Source of the DNA: a virus
Lineage: Duplodnaviria > Heunggongvirae > Uroviricota > Caudoviricetes
IMG/VR virus record: IMGVR_UViG_3300033076_000726
Span: 55,240 to 119,239 of that record
DNA length: 64,000 nucleotides
Direction: 5' to 3' (one strand)
Positions 47,669 through 57,864 of the stretch are shown here, in pieces; the first letter of the stretch is position 1; the number at the start of each line of letters is the position of its first letter. Position numbers and translations under genes: made by a program. The notes below the pieces were generated by a model. It was not told where the DNA came from. It did no database searches and saw nothing but the letters and a program-made list of their open reading frames with translations.

Positions 47669-47911
47669 ATGTTATTCAGATATCAAATCACATTGGACTT
47701 GGATGTTGAATTTGAAGCGCCATTGTTAGGTGCCGACAATACCAAACATAAGAGAAAATATGCAAACTCAATTGCCAAGAAAATACTTCAAGAAATGACG
47801 AGACTTAATGATACGTCAAAAATTGTGGACAGAAATATCGAAGAAGATAATTTTAATGGAAGAGTTAAGGGTCACATTCATTTAGGTAAATCAGAAAAAA
47901 ACAAATACTAA
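47669..47911 (+). CDS. hypothetical protein
   Basis: 80-aa ORF. Confidence 0.5.
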   Translation: MLFRYQITLDLDVEFEAPLLGADNTKHKRKYANSIAKKILQEMTRLNDTSKIVDRNIEEDNFNGRVKGHIHLGKSEKNKY

Positions 47912-48195
47912 TGAAAAAAATATTATTAGTGCTAATGTTATTGGGAGTGATGACATTAGAGGCGAGTCCTAAATATAGAATTGAAACTTGGGTAAGTGAT
48001 GGTGTAAATTTTTATAAACCACAAAAAAAAGTTTGGTTTAAAACAAATTATTTCTACCTACCGTTTAAAGTGTGGGTTTCCTCCGATTATCCATTTCAAA
48101 ATAAATGGCAAGCTGAAGAGATAATTAACAATTGGAAAAGGGAATATGAGGAAAGTAAAATGTATCGTAAATCAAATTACATTGAAATAAAATAA
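47911..48195 (+). CDS. secreted hypothetical protein
   Basis: MKKILLVLMLLGVMTLEA signal peptide. Confidence 0.5.
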   Translation: MKKILLVLMLLGVMTLEASPKYRIETWVSDGVNFYKPQKKVWFKTNYFYLPFKVWVSSDYPFQNKWQAEEIINNWKREYEESKMYRKSNYIEIK

Positions 48196-48198
48196 ATT

Positions 48199-48393
48199 AT
48201 GAATATGTTTAAATTGTTATTATTCGTTTGTCTATCCTTTATTTTTGGATTTGGAATATGGTATTTAATTTTTTGGTTTTTCACCAATGAACCAAATTTA
48301 TTTGTTTGGCATTGGGTAACCAAAACACTCTTCCTTATGTTTTCATTTTCATCGACAACGGGGATTATGAATTCAATAGAAAAAGAATTATAA
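48199..48393 (+). CDS. small membrane protein
   Basis: 64 aa with two TM helices. Confidence 0.45.
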   Translation: MNMFKLLLFVCLSFIFGFGIWYLIFWFFTNEPNLFVWHWVTKTLFLMFSFSSTTGIMNSIEKEL

Positions 48394-48444
48394 AATTTGG
48401 TATTATAAAAATAAAATATTATTATTAGATAAAATATAGTTAAA

Positions 48445-49449
48445 ATGTCAAGAGCTAAAGAATTAAAAGAAAAGCCCGAGAATAACATCAACATGTTTGA
48501 ATTGTTTTCATTATTATCACCTGAAGGTAAATCAAAATACACCGAAACTTTGATTCGTATAATGAAAAAAACACCGAACATTGATGAGCATAAAAAAGAA
48601 ATTATCGAAAGACTTAGTGATGAGTTTAAGATACCTAAAGAAACATTAAAAAAATTCACAACATTAGAGATTGTTTTCTTTTACCGAATGATTGATTCAA
48701 TGTTTAATTTTTCAGATTTGAAAGCATTCCAAAAGTTTTGTGAATTAAATGAAAGAGGTTTAATTAAACAAAATGATTTGAGTAGATATAATTCATTCGA
48801 TGAAGTGTTATCAGAATTAAGTCTTGCTGAAATGGTTGCCGATATGAAAGATATGGAGAAACAAATTCGTATCGTATTTGAAAGTGACGAATGGTTAATG
48901 GTTAGACCTTTAACATATACTGCATCAAGAAAATATGGTTCAAACACTAAATGGTGCACAACACAAGAAAACAATCCTGATTACTTTATGAAGTATGCCA
49001 GTAGAGGTGTTTTAATATATGCCATTAACAAAAAGAACGGTTATAAAGTTGCGAGCTTTAATTCTTTAGATAAAAACGAACCCGAATTTTCATTTTGGAA
49101 CCAAAAGGATGTGAGGATTGATTCTATGCAAACAGAATTACCTGACAACCTTTTGGGTATGATTAAGAGAGAATCAACAATTGATGCTAAAACAAATCGT
49201 TTCTTGTTATCGGATGAAGAAAGAACTAAAGAAGAAAGATTGTTAAGAAGTAAAGGACACTTTATAGGTGAACAAAATATACCATCAGAACCAGTTCCAA
49301 TTGAAAATAACAGAAGAGGTCGTGTTCGTAGAGCCTTAACAAATAATATAGAGGATGAGGTTGGATTAGAAGAACCTGAACCTGAGATGGATATGACCGA
49401 ACAGGCACCAGTAATGGAACTCCCAAGAAGTGCGTCTTTTAATGGGTAG
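48445..49449 (+). CDS. hypothetical protein carrying the conserved module of the 25860/27750 family
   Basis: KWCTTQENNPDYFMKYASRGVLIYAINKKNGYKVASF parallels HHCVASYADK.../MKNCMAKQF... of the paralogs. Confidence 0.55.
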   Translation: MSRAKELKEKPENNINMFELFSLLSPEGKSKYTETLIRIMKKTPNIDEHKKEIIERLSDEFKIPKETLKKFTTLEIVFFYRMIDSMFNFSDLKAFQKFCELNERGLIKQNDLSRYNSFDEVLSELSLAEMVADMKDMEKQIRIVFESDEWLMVRPLTYTASRKYGSNTKWCTTQENNPDYFMKYASRGVLIYAINKKNGYKVASFNSLDKNEPEFSFWNQKDVRIDSMQTELPDNLLGMIKRESTIDAKTNRFLLSDEERTKEERLLRSKGHFIGEQNIPSEPVPIENNRRGRVRRALTNNIEDEVGLEEPEPEMDMTEQAPVMELPRSASFNG

Positions 49450-49457
49450 GGATATTT

Positions 49458-49640
49458 ATGATAATGAAAACTAAAATTAAAAGATGGTTAATTTGGACTT
49501 TTATTATCTTATTCCTGTTATATGGTTTGATTTACCACACCTATGTAATTCTGTTTTTCTTGTTTTTAATCATTGGAGGAGGATATTTATTGTTTAAGGG
49601 AGGTTCCCAATTAAAGAAACTATTCGACGAATTAAAATGA
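49458..49640 (+). CDS. small membrane protein
   Basis: 60 aa, 2 TM. Confidence 0.4.
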   Translation: MIMKTKIKRWLIWTFIILFLLYGLIYHTYVILFFLFLIIGGGYLLFKGGSQLKKLFDELK

Positions 49641-49870
49641 AAATAAAACTAACAGAATCTCAATACAATAAAGTTCTTTTAGAATACTATGATAGTGAAA
49701 AACTATACAGAAAGGACTTGGTTGTGGCCAAATTAAAACAAGGTCCAAAGTATATTCGTGAATACATTAAAGGATTACCGAGCATCTTATGTACCGATTC
49801 TAACGGTAATGAGGTAATTTGTACTAAAATACCTGAAGTAATATATCAGTACCTTTTTGGAAATTTCTAA
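49637..49870 (+). CDS. hypothetical protein
   Basis: 77-aa ORF. Confidence 0.45.
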   Translation: MKIKLTESQYNKVLLEYYDSEKLYRKDLVVAKLKQGPKYIREYIKGLPSILCTDSNGNEVICTKIPEVIYQYLFGNF

Positions 49871-49923
49871 AAAATATTTGGAATATTCTAACTAATCCCC
49901 TATTTTTGTACAAAATATAACAT

Positions 49924-50307
49924 ATGAGTACATTGGTTAAGATTAGTCCTTACGTTTTCCCCGGTATTAAAAATAAGGATGAAATAAAGAAAATTAAGAA
50001 GTTCAAGAGAGATAGAATTAGTCTGGATGACATCCTTTTAATCATTGCCAGAAACTGTAACGTCAACTTAAAAGATATCACATCCAGAATTAGAAAAAGA
50101 GAGGTGATTGATGCTAGATTCATCTTTATCAATACGTTAAGAGAACAATTTAATTATACCTATGAGGCAATAGGTGAAATGTTAGAAAGAGACCACACAA
50201 CTATCATCCACGCGGTTAACACACACAGAGAAAGGTACCACCAATATAGTGACTATAAACAAGTTAGTGACGGTGTCTATGAAGACATTAAAAACATTAT
50301 AGAATAA
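49924..50307 (+). CDS. hypothetical protein
   Basis: 127-aa ORF. Confidence 0.5.
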   Translation: MSTLVKISPYVFPGIKNKDEIKKIKKFKRDRISLDDILLIIARNCNVNLKDITSRIRKREVIDARFIFINTLREQFNYTYEAIGEMLERDHTTIIHAVNTHRERYHQYSDYKQVSDGVYEDIKNIIE

Positions 50308-50852
50308 TGAAAACACTTATTATACATCCAAAAGACGAAACTACAACGTTTCTTGATATCGTTTACAAGGATATCCCAAACCAAACATTGGTTACCGGTG
50401 GATACACAAAAGGAGAAATTCAACAACTCATCAGGGAACATGATAGAGTCATGATGATGGGTCACGGAAGTCCTAAGGGTCTTTTTAGTGTGGGAATGTT
50501 CGATTCCTCTAATGGTTATATCATTGACCATTTAATGGTTTCTTGTTTAATGGAGAAAAAGGATAATGTCTACATTTGGTGCAATGCCGATGGGTTTGTT
50601 AGAACTTTTGGGTTAAAAGGGTTTTATAGTGGGATGTTCATTAGTGAGATTGAGGAGGCGGACTATTGTGGGATTCCAGGTACCGACCAGGAACTCATAG
50701 ACGAGTCAAATTACGGGTTTGTTAACATCATATCCAAATACATTACTGAGAATACTGAGGTCATTCATGAGAACGTAATGAAGGAATATGGGGTTATTGC
50801 AGAAGAGAATCCCGTGGCATTATATAATCATATGAGATTGTACAAATCGTAG
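50307..50852 (+). CDS. hypothetical protein
   Basis: 181-aa ORF. Confidence 0.55.
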   Translation: MKTLIIHPKDETTTFLDIVYKDIPNQTLVTGGYTKGEIQQLIREHDRVMMMGHGSPKGLFSVGMFDSSNGYIIDHLMVSCLMEKKDNVYIWCNADGFVRTFGLKGFYSGMFISEIEEADYCGIPGTDQELIDESNYGFVNIISKYITENTEVIHENVMKEYGVIAEENPVALYNHMRLYKS

Positions 50853-50871
50853 GTTTTATATATTTATCTAT

Positions 50872-51402
50872 ATGGCTAAAATAGTTAAACTTACGAAAAA
50901 TGATTTGATTCGAATAGTAGAAGAGACTTTGAACATTCTACCTAATCAAAATGATTTACCCAAACAATTAAGTGAGATGGAAAAAATCACAAATGAGGGT
51001 AAAAAAACAATAAACAGAATATATAATTTTGTTATGGACCTAAGTCTTAGAGAGATATTAGAAGACCCCAGTAAATACGATAAGTTACTTCAAGATATTG
51101 AAAACACTCAAGACGTTTATTCTAAAAAACATGACCAATTCTATGATATTATCGAATCTCATTGGGATGCTTATATCAATGATGAGATGGACGATGAAAC
51201 TAGAGACACCTATAACAAGTACAATCATGTCCTTAATGAACTTTACAATGTAAGTGATGGTATGAATACTTTATATAGGATATTTGAAGAGATGCATTTT
51301 ACCGTGAATCGTACAAGTCTATTAAAAGATTTTACGGACACATATCCAAACCAAACGATAAACATTGGCACAGCTTTAAACAACAATACCGATGAAAATT
51401 AA
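50872..51402 (+). CDS. hypothetical protein
   Basis: 176-aa ORF. Confidence 0.55.
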   Translation: MAKIVKLTKNDLIRIVEETLNILPNQNDLPKQLSEMEKITNEGKKTINRIYNFVMDLSLREILEDPSKYDKLLQDIENTQDVYSKKHDQFYDIIESHWDAYINDEMDDETRDTYNKYNHVLNELYNVSDGMNTLYRIFEEMHFTVNRTSLLKDFTDTYPNQTINIGTALNNNTDEN

Positions 51403-51628
51403 AATAACAGAAGAAACATATAAAAGATTACAAGGACATCTATTAAAAGAAGATGGTATTGTAACTGAAAAGGTACAAGTAAACGAGAATCATCAATTAT
51501 TGGAATATGACGAGTTTTTCGATAATGTGACTACCAAACTAAGGAATAGTAAAAAGGAAGTAAAAAAACCAAAACAAGACGGTTTCAATACCTTCGACGA
51601 GTTGAAAGGTAATTTAAAATATTTTTAA
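51392..51628 (+). CDS. hypothetical protein
   Basis: 78-aa ORF followed by a terminator. Confidence 0.45.
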   Translation: MKIKITEETYKRLQGHLLKEDGIVTEKVQVNENHQLLEYDEFFDNVTTKLRNSKKEVKKPKQDGFNTFDELKGNLKYF

Positions 51629-51631
51629 TAA

Positions 51632-51655
51632 AACCCCCGATTAGGGGGTTTTTTA
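51632..51655 (+). terminator. rho-independent terminator
   Basis: aaccccc-gatta-gggggtt then ttttt. Confidence 0.55.
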
Positions 51656-51684
51656 TTTGGTATTGTCGATATATTTTTGTATTT

Positions 51685-51870
51685 TTGGTGATGGAAGTAA
51701 AAGTAACAATTAAATACCACATTGAAGTCGGTCAGGAAACTATTCAATGTGAATCGTTAGAACAGGCAGAAAGAAAGTTAAAAAGTCTTAGAGTATCTGA
51801 AGCTGAATGTTATTTGTATAGAACAGAGTTTCATGGTAAGTCTATAAAAATAACTTATCTGATGTCATAA
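51685..51870 (+). CDS. small hypothetical protein
   Basis: 61-aa ORF. Confidence 0.4.
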   Translation: MVMEVKVTIKYHIEVGQETIQCESLEQAERKLKSLRVSEAECYLYRTEFHGKSIKITYLMS

Positions 51871-51881
51871 ACATTATTTAT

Positions 51882-52202
51882 ATGTTGGTAACTAAAAAAA
51901 TGAAACTCGAATTTGAAGAAAAAGGTTTGAGATACTGTGGGTGTTGCGATAAGGTTAAGGATATCGAACTTTTTTATAGTAAAAAAATGAAACATTCTAA
52001 TTTTACTAAATGTACTAGATGTAGAAGTTTTTTGAGTAAAGAAAAGAAAAATAAGGAAGAACAAAAATATGTTGACGAAAAAAGAAATACTGAGTGGTTT
52101 AAAAACTATCTTGAGAAAAGAGAGGGTAAATTAAAATCAACTAAGAGTAGTCATTCATATTATAAGAAAATGGTTTGGCAATCATATTTTTTAAAAAGAT
52201 AA
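51882..52202 (+). CDS. Lys-rich zinc-finger-like protein
   Basis: CGCCDKV...CTRCRSF. Confidence 0.45.
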   Translation: MLVTKKMKLEFEEKGLRYCGCCDKVKDIELFYSKKMKHSNFTKCTRCRSFLSKEKKNKEEQKYVDEKRNTEWFKNYLEKREGKLKSTKSSHSYYKKMVWQSYFLKR

Positions 52203-52654
52203 TGACCATAGTTTGTAATTTATACAAGGATACTGAAATAACTTTAAACATTCCTAATGTAAAAGTTATTAACACGCCATATGATTTTACGGTATCCACA
52301 TATAAAAATATTGGATTGGGTGGTATTGATATTGAAGAGGAGTTATTTAAATATGATTCAGTATTTGGTGAACAAAAATATACACAGTCTATTTTAATTT
52401 GGGATTCAAATGGGGTCAATATAAAAAAAATTATTGAGAGTATCGGTGAACCCAAACCCGATGAAATTTATTTAGAATCTATAAAACCAAATTTTAAACA
52501 TAGTTGGTTTGGTGGTCATAAAAACGCGGTGGTAACTTTATCGTCGGCTATAATGTCGGCTAATACCATGATATTAGATAATCCTGAAAAAATACATAAT
52601 AATATCATTCCTTGGATGGGAAATAGAATTGGATTAAATTTATTTGAAATATAA
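52175..52654 (+). CDS. hypothetical protein
   Basis: 159-aa ORF (start uncertain). Confidence 0.45.
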   Translation: MAIIFFKKIMTIVCNLYKDTEITLNIPNVKVINTPYDFTVSTYKNIGLGGIDIEEELFKYDSVFGEQKYTQSILIWDSNGVNIKKIIESIGEPKPDEIYLESIKPNFKHSWFGGHKNAVVTLSSAIMSANTMILDNPEKIHNNIIPWMGNRIGLNLFEI

Positions 52655-53505
52655 TGAAAGTTGCAATATTTTTAAGGGGTCATGCTAGAACGTGGAATCT
52701 AATAAAAAACGAAACAATTGAATTGTTTAATACTTTATATGATAACCCCGATTGGTATATTGCGATGTGGGATTCAGGAACCGTAAATAATGAAGCGATT
52801 TATGAGGATTTCAAAAATTATAATTTAGTTTATCTAAATGCATCTGTAAAAGAAACCGGTGCAATTGTAAGAAATAACTTTCATGAACAATCCGTTGAAT
52901 ATGAATCTTCATTTAAAAAAAATAATTATTTGAAGATTGCTTACTTAGATTCAATATTATCAATTGCAAAAAGAAAACGAGAAGTTAGTTTTAATTTTGA
53001 TTATGACTTTGTGATTTTTATTAGACCGGATGTTTTATATAAAATTGAAAATAAAAATTTTAAACATCTAAAATCTAAAATATTTTCATTGGAGATAACA
53101 AATTTAGATATTCATTTTGAATCAACTAAAGATGATTATCCAATGTCTTCCGATTTTTTCATGAAGGCGGGTTCGGTTGCGTCTAATGTATTTTGTTCAA
53201 GATTATATGATACTGAGTTAACATTAAATAAGAAAAATTTATACATTGCCAATCCACATCATAAACTAACATCATTCTATATGAAACATAGACTAATCTA
53301 CCAAAAATCTGGTATGGTTGAGCCTATGTTGATAAGACCAGATTATATGGATTTTTTAAATGGTAAATTAGAATATAACAAAGATGTTATTGATTCACAT
53401 AGATTCGCATATAATTGGAAAAACATGGTTAAAGAAGAAAGATTTGTGGATATAAAAAAATACATGGACCAACATAATATTAGTTATAAAGATTATTTAT
53501 TTTAA
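52654..53505 (+). CDS. hypothetical protein, paralog of 32010-32732
   Basis: MKVAIFLRGHARTW...DWYIAMWDSG, IFIRPDV, NPHHKL. Confidence 0.55.
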   Translation: MKVAIFLRGHARTWNLIKNETIELFNTLYDNPDWYIAMWDSGTVNNEAIYEDFKNYNLVYLNASVKETGAIVRNNFHEQSVEYESSFKKNNYLKIAYLDSILSIAKRKREVSFNFDYDFVIFIRPDVLYKIENKNFKHLKSKIFSLEITNLDIHFESTKDDYPMSSDFFMKAGSVASNVFCSRLYDTELTLNKKNLYIANPHHKLTSFYMKHRLIYQKSGMVEPMLIRPDYMDFLNGKLEYNKDVIDSHRFAYNWKNMVKEERFVDIKKYMDQHNISYKDYLF

Positions 53506-54236
53506 TGAAATATAAAAACAATAAATTAAATGTTGTAATCCCAATGGCGGGATTGGGTAGTCGATTCCAAAAGGTTGGATACGAATTGCCAAAACCATTG
53601 ATTGATGTTAATGGAAAACCGATGGTTAAATTGGTTGTTGAATCCATGAACATAGATGCTCATTTCATATACATCGTTCAAAAGGAACATAGACTCGATT
53701 ATCCATTGGATGATATTTTATCTTTCACTCCTAACTTCTCAATTGTGGAAGTTAATGGATTAACTGAAGGTGCTGCGTGTAGTGTGTTGGCATCTAAAGA
53801 ACTAATCAATAATGATAACCCTTTAATCATCATGAATTCAGACCAGTTAATTATATGGGACTCAAATGATTTCATGGGTGCGGTTAAAGAATATGATGGC
53901 GCAATAATGTGTTTCGAAGCATATGATGAGAAGTGGTCATTTGCAAGGGTAAACAGCAACACCAATCTAATAACTGAGGTTGCGGAAAAAAGAGCAATAT
54001 CAAATAAGGCAACTGCAGGAATTTACTATTGGAAACATGGTTCGGATTTTGTTAAATCCGCAGAACAAATGATTGATAAGAACATCCGAGTTAATAATGA
54101 ATTTTATGTTTGTCCTGTTTATAACGAAGCAATCGGTAATGGTTTACAAATATACAACTATATGATTGAATCAAAAGATATGTGGGGACTTGGGACGCCA
54201 GAAGATTTAGAATATTATTTAAAAAATTATAAATGA
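53505..54236 (+). CDS. sugar-phosphate nucleotidyltransferase (NTP_transferase fold)
   Basis: NVVIPMAGLGSRFQKVGYELPKPLIDVNGKPMV matches the G-x-G-x-R...K...PKPL signature. Confidence 0.7.
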   Translation: MKYKNNKLNVVIPMAGLGSRFQKVGYELPKPLIDVNGKPMVKLVVESMNIDAHFIYIVQKEHRLDYPLDDILSFTPNFSIVEVNGLTEGAACSVLASKELINNDNPLIIMNSDQLIIWDSNDFMGAVKEYDGAIMCFEAYDEKWSFARVNSNTNLITEVAEKRAISNKATAGIYYWKHGSDFVKSAEQMIDKNIRVNNEFYVCPVYNEAIGNGLQIYNYMIESKDMWGLGTPEDLEYYLKNYK

Positions 54237-54481
54237 AATTAGAAATTGGTGAATTATATAAAGTTATCGATATTCCCGAAGCTGAACATTGTTTAAAATG
54301 TAAACCTTGTATTCGATTAAGATTGATGGAAATGGGATTCATATGTGGTGAAATAATTAAAATCAAATTACGTCAAAACGGGGTTTATTTAGTTTCCCTA
54401 TTAACTAATAGTGGTGAGGTTTGTCAAACCATAGCCCTGAGGGATAGTGAATTAAATAAAATAGTGTTAGAAAAGCTATAA
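54233..54481 (+). CDS. FeoA-like small SH3-fold protein
   Basis: LRLMEMGFICGEIIKI...IALRDSELNKIVL fits the FeoA consensus. Confidence 0.5.
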   Translation: MKLEIGELYKVIDIPEAEHCLKCKPCIRLRLMEMGFICGEIIKIKLRQNGVYLVSLLTNSGEVCQTIALRDSELNKIVLEKL

Positions 54482-54522
54482 TATTTTTTGGAATATTCTG
54501 AAAAATTAGTTACATTTGTCCT

Positions 54523-54768
54523 ATGGACAAAGAGTGTGAAAAATCTAAATTCACTAAAAAAGGTGCGAAGACTGCTCTGAACTATATCAGAGATACTCGC
54601 TTCGGTAGAAAACAATACCGAAGAGAGATACGCTCGTACCATTGTCCACTATGTGGTTCTTGGCATTTAACATCAAAAGAGGATGATGGTGCAACTCCTG
54701 AAATAGAATTACCTAAAATCTTATTAAGACCCGAATGGGAGAAACTAATTAAAAACTATGATGAATGA
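54523..54768 (+). CDS. small zinc-ribbon protein
   Basis: YHCPLCGSWH. Confidence 0.45.
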   Translation: MDKECEKSKFTKKGAKTALNYIRDTRFGRKQYRREIRSYHCPLCGSWHLTSKEDDGATPEIELPKILLRPEWEKLIKNYDE

Positions 54769-55343
54769 GAATATTGATTATAACATATCCAAGGTCGGGT
54801 GGATATTCTTTAAGTACTTGGATTTCAAGTGAATTAAACTATATTCATTTACACGAACCGTTTTCCCCGAATCACGAAGAACTTCTTGATTATATTGACC
54901 ACGATAACATTGTGGTTAAAGAGTTTTTATTTAGAATTGATAATGATTTCATATCTAAATTTGATAAGGTGATAATTCATAAACGATTGAATTTTAGAGA
55001 TGTTGCAATCAGTTGGGTTTATTCGGATAATAAAGTTGGTGATTATAAAAATCACAAAACATATGAATTAAATAACGACTGGGTTGAAAGACATAAGGAT
55101 GAAATCAATCGAATGGAAAACTGGGTTGGAAAATTATCAGAAAAATTAGATGAGTTGAATATCAATGCGTTAAGAACAACATACGAAAACTTATTTGAAG
55201 AAAAAGAAGATGTTGAAAAAGTTAAATCGTTTCTTAACATGGGTGATTTAAAGTATTTGGATTTATTAGATAGTAAACGAAGATTACAAAATGGTACTAT
55301 TGGTATGAATTATATTCAAAGAAAACGAGATACTTTGATATAG
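54765..55343 (+). CDS. sulfotransferase-family protein
   Basis: ITYPRSGGYSLSTW (5'-PSB PKSGTTW-like) and FRDVAISWVYS (3'-PB RDxxxxxxS-like). Confidence 0.6.
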   Translation: MRILIITYPRSGGYSLSTWISSELNYIHLHEPFSPNHEELLDYIDHDNIVVKEFLFRIDNDFISKFDKVIIHKRLNFRDVAISWVYSDNKVGDYKNHKTYELNNDWVERHKDEINRMENWVGKLSEKLDELNINALRTTYENLFEEKEDVEKVKSFLNMGDLKYLDLLDSKRRLQNGTIGMNYIQRKRDTLI

Positions 55344-55400
55344 TTTTGGAATATTCAAAAAAATATAATATCTTTGGAGAAGAAACAAACACATACAAAA

Positions 55401-55796
55401 ATGAATATACTATTATTTTTAATGATGTTCGTTATATTTCCACAGGAAGTTAACGAAGATAGTATAGAAGTTGAACCGTTTGAAGTTGTTACCCTAACAA
55501 CATATAAGTCTGTTGGTTCTGAGACAGATAAACACCCAAGAATTACCGCATCTGGTTTTAAAATTAGTAAGAAGAATCCAAAGAAACATCGCATAATGGC
55601 GGTGTCAAGAGATTTAAAAAAGAAATATCCGTTTGGAACAAAACTTACAATCAAAAACGCAGGTAAATTCAATGGTGAATACGTCGTCCAAGATGTCATG
55701 AATAAACGATATAAAAAACGTATCGATATTCTTATCAACCCAAAAGACAAACAAACAACAATTAAAAATGTTAAACTAATTAAACCAAAAGAATAA
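55401..55796 (+). CDS. 3D-domain protein (MltA-like C-terminal domain) with signal peptide
   Basis: ITASGFKI...IMAVSRD...PFGTKLTI...GEYVVQDV...RIDIL match the conserved 3D-domain Asp pattern; ATG at 55401. Confidence 0.6.
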   Translation: MNILLFLMMFVIFPQEVNEDSIEVEPFEVVTLTTYKSVGSETDKHPRITASGFKISKKNPKKHRIMAVSRDLKKKYPFGTKLTIKNAGKFNGEYVVQDVMNKRYKKRIDILINPKDKQTTIKNVKLIKPKE

Positions 55797-55797
55797 A

Positions 55798-56310
55798 ATG
55801 ATAGTAGAAAAGGCTTATAAAGTTGTATTGTTAGATGGTAGTGAACCATCAACATTATACAATACAATGCAAGATGCGGTTAGAGCTCACAGAGGTAACA
55901 TTAAAAAGTTAGTTGAGGTTCTACCCAAAGTCACAAAGAAAAAAGTTGAGGTTACTCATGACCAACTCGCCATTGTGATTAGTGCTCGTAGTAATGAGGA
56001 CTTAGACATTTCTAAAGATTGTGGTTATGCGGTAATGTATAATTGTCCTAAGAGAGATAAAATATATGAAGGTATGGTTTATCTTGAGGTGTCTGATGAA
56101 TATGTGTTGGAAGCAACCATAACTAAATTAGAAAAATACGAAAAAGGTATCCATCATCATTGGAAGGGTCCTGGTTATAGACCTAACAAAGAATGGAAAT
56201 GGGCGTTGTTTCATAAAAACGGAAAGATTATTAGTAGAGAATCTGCCGAATTAAAATACAACAATCCATTAAAGGGAACACAAGGAGGAATCAGTTACAT
56301 TAAACTTTAA
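55798..56310 (+). CDS. hypothetical protein
   Basis: 170-aa ORF. Confidence 0.55.
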   Translation: MIVEKAYKVVLLDGSEPSTLYNTMQDAVRAHRGNIKKLVEVLPKVTKKKVEVTHDQLAIVISARSNEDLDISKDCGYAVMYNCPKRDKIYEGMVYLEVSDEYVLEATITKLEKYEKGIHHHWKGPGYRPNKEWKWALFHKNGKIISRESAELKYNNPLKGTQGGISYIKL

Positions 56311-56403
56311 CAAAATGGAATTCTATAAAGTAGTAATTTTATGTATCTTATGGTTTTCCGTCGGATACAAATTTGGTAACAAAGAAAAATAACATTCATT
56401 AAC

Positions 56404-57003
56404 ATGATTGATAACATTAAGCTTATAAAACCATTGTTGACATTTGATAAGGAAGGTGACTTCTATCAATTGTATGTTTTTCTGCGCAAGAAAGACCAAC
56501 CCGAAGGTGAGAAAGATAATCATCAATCAGTTAGAACAATCAAATCATATTGCATCACATCACATGAATATCTTGATAAAAGATATGATGAGATTAAGAT
56601 GTTATGTGAGGTGTTTAAGGCACGTGCTTATATCCATGTGTGTAAACAAAATCATATGGATGTTGGGTTGAACATGATATCTGAAATCGTTACTCGTATT
56701 CAATCTGGCCAAATAAATCAAAAGAATGTGTTTGATTCCGTAGTTGGACAAATCAAAACACAAGAGAAGAGATGGATTGTGGATATAGATTCAAAAGAGA
56801 ATGGAATTGAAAACTTAATCAGTAATGAAATCTATATGTTAAGACCAGAGGGGCCGAAGGTTGAGGCAGTTATTCCAACAAATAGTGGAGTTCATCTTAT
56901 TACAAAACGATTCGATGTAACGGAATTTAAAAAACAATTTCCTAACACCGATATTCAAAAGAAAAACCCAACATTATTATATTATCCAAACTCATTAAAT
57001 TAA
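56404..57003 (+). CDS. hypothetical protein
   Basis: 199-aa ORF. Confidence 0.55.
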   Translation: MIDNIKLIKPLLTFDKEGDFYQLYVFLRKKDQPEGEKDNHQSVRTIKSYCITSHEYLDKRYDEIKMLCEVFKARAYIHVCKQNHMDVGLNMISEIVTRIQSGQINQKNVFDSVVGQIKTQEKRWIVDIDSKENGIENLISNEIYMLRPEGPKVEAVIPTNSGVHLITKRFDVTEFKKQFPNTDIQKKNPTLLYYPNSLN

Positions 57004-57009
57004 AATCAA

Positions 57010-57246
57010 ATGAAAACATTATTAGGAATTATTATAGGATTAGTATTGATGTCACTAATTTCTTGTGAACCACAAAACACACAAACAGAACATGTTGTAT
57101 CTGAATCAGTTTCTAACTTTAAAAAAGTTGCAGATAGATTAGAAATATCATCTGGTTATGTTTCAGTTTACACTTATGGCGATGATACTTTGTACATTGT
57201 TGAGGGACGTAGTCAATCATATCCAGTTGGAATAACTGTTAAATAA
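57010..57246 (+). CDS. small lipoprotein
   Basis: MKTLLGIIIGLVLMSLISC lipobox. Confidence 0.5.
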   Translation: MKTLLGIIIGLVLMSLISCEPQNTQTEHVVSESVSNFKKVADRLEISSGYVSVYTYGDDTLYIVEGRSQSYPVGITVK

Positions 57247-57273
57247 TACGAATCACAACTTTATAAATCCATT

Positions 57274-57864
57274 ATGAGGGGAGTAATTTTATTTTTATGT
57301 TTAACTATGGTATCTTTTAAATCTGAGACAGGTAGAAGGATATTATTTGTGGGAGATAGTTTAACTTGTTATAGTGGTGGATGGCAATCAAGTGTGGCTA
57401 AGGGTATGGATATGAAGTTTCATAACATATCAAAAGGAGGTAAAAGAACTAAGTGGATGTTATCAACATTGGAATCTTACTTAAAGAAAAATGAATTTCA
57501 TTCAACTTTAATTATATACGGTGGTATCAATGATTCATTTGCGATGACTAGTGAAACGGAAACATTGAATAACATTCAATCGATGGTTGACTTAGGTAAT
57601 CTATATGAGATGGAAGTCATTGTTATTGTTGGTTATAACCCTGAGAAGGTTAATGTTAGAACAACTTATGACGATGCAACAACCACTCGTTGTAGAAATC
57701 GATACATAAAACTACAAAAGAAAATTCAAGAAAGAATTACTGGATGTAGAATCATTCCTATGGATAATACTGTAGACAGAAGTGATTCTGATGATGGTAT
57801 TCATTTAAAATCTTCAGGACATAAGAAATTTGCCAAACACGTTTTAAATGAATTATTAAAATGA
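57274..57864 (+). CDS. SGNH/GDSL hydrolase
   Basis: ILFVGDSLTCYSGG block I, DDGIHLKSSGH block V (DxxH). Confidence 0.6.
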   Translation: MRGVILFLCLTMVSFKSETGRRILFVGDSLTCYSGGWQSSVAKGMDMKFHNISKGGKRTKWMLSTLESYLKKNEFHSTLIIYGGINDSFAMTSETETLNNIQSMVDLGNLYEMEVIVIVGYNPEKVNVRTTYDDATTTRCRNRYIKLQKKIQERITGCRIIPMDNTVDRSDSDDGIHLKSSGHKKFAKHVLNELLK

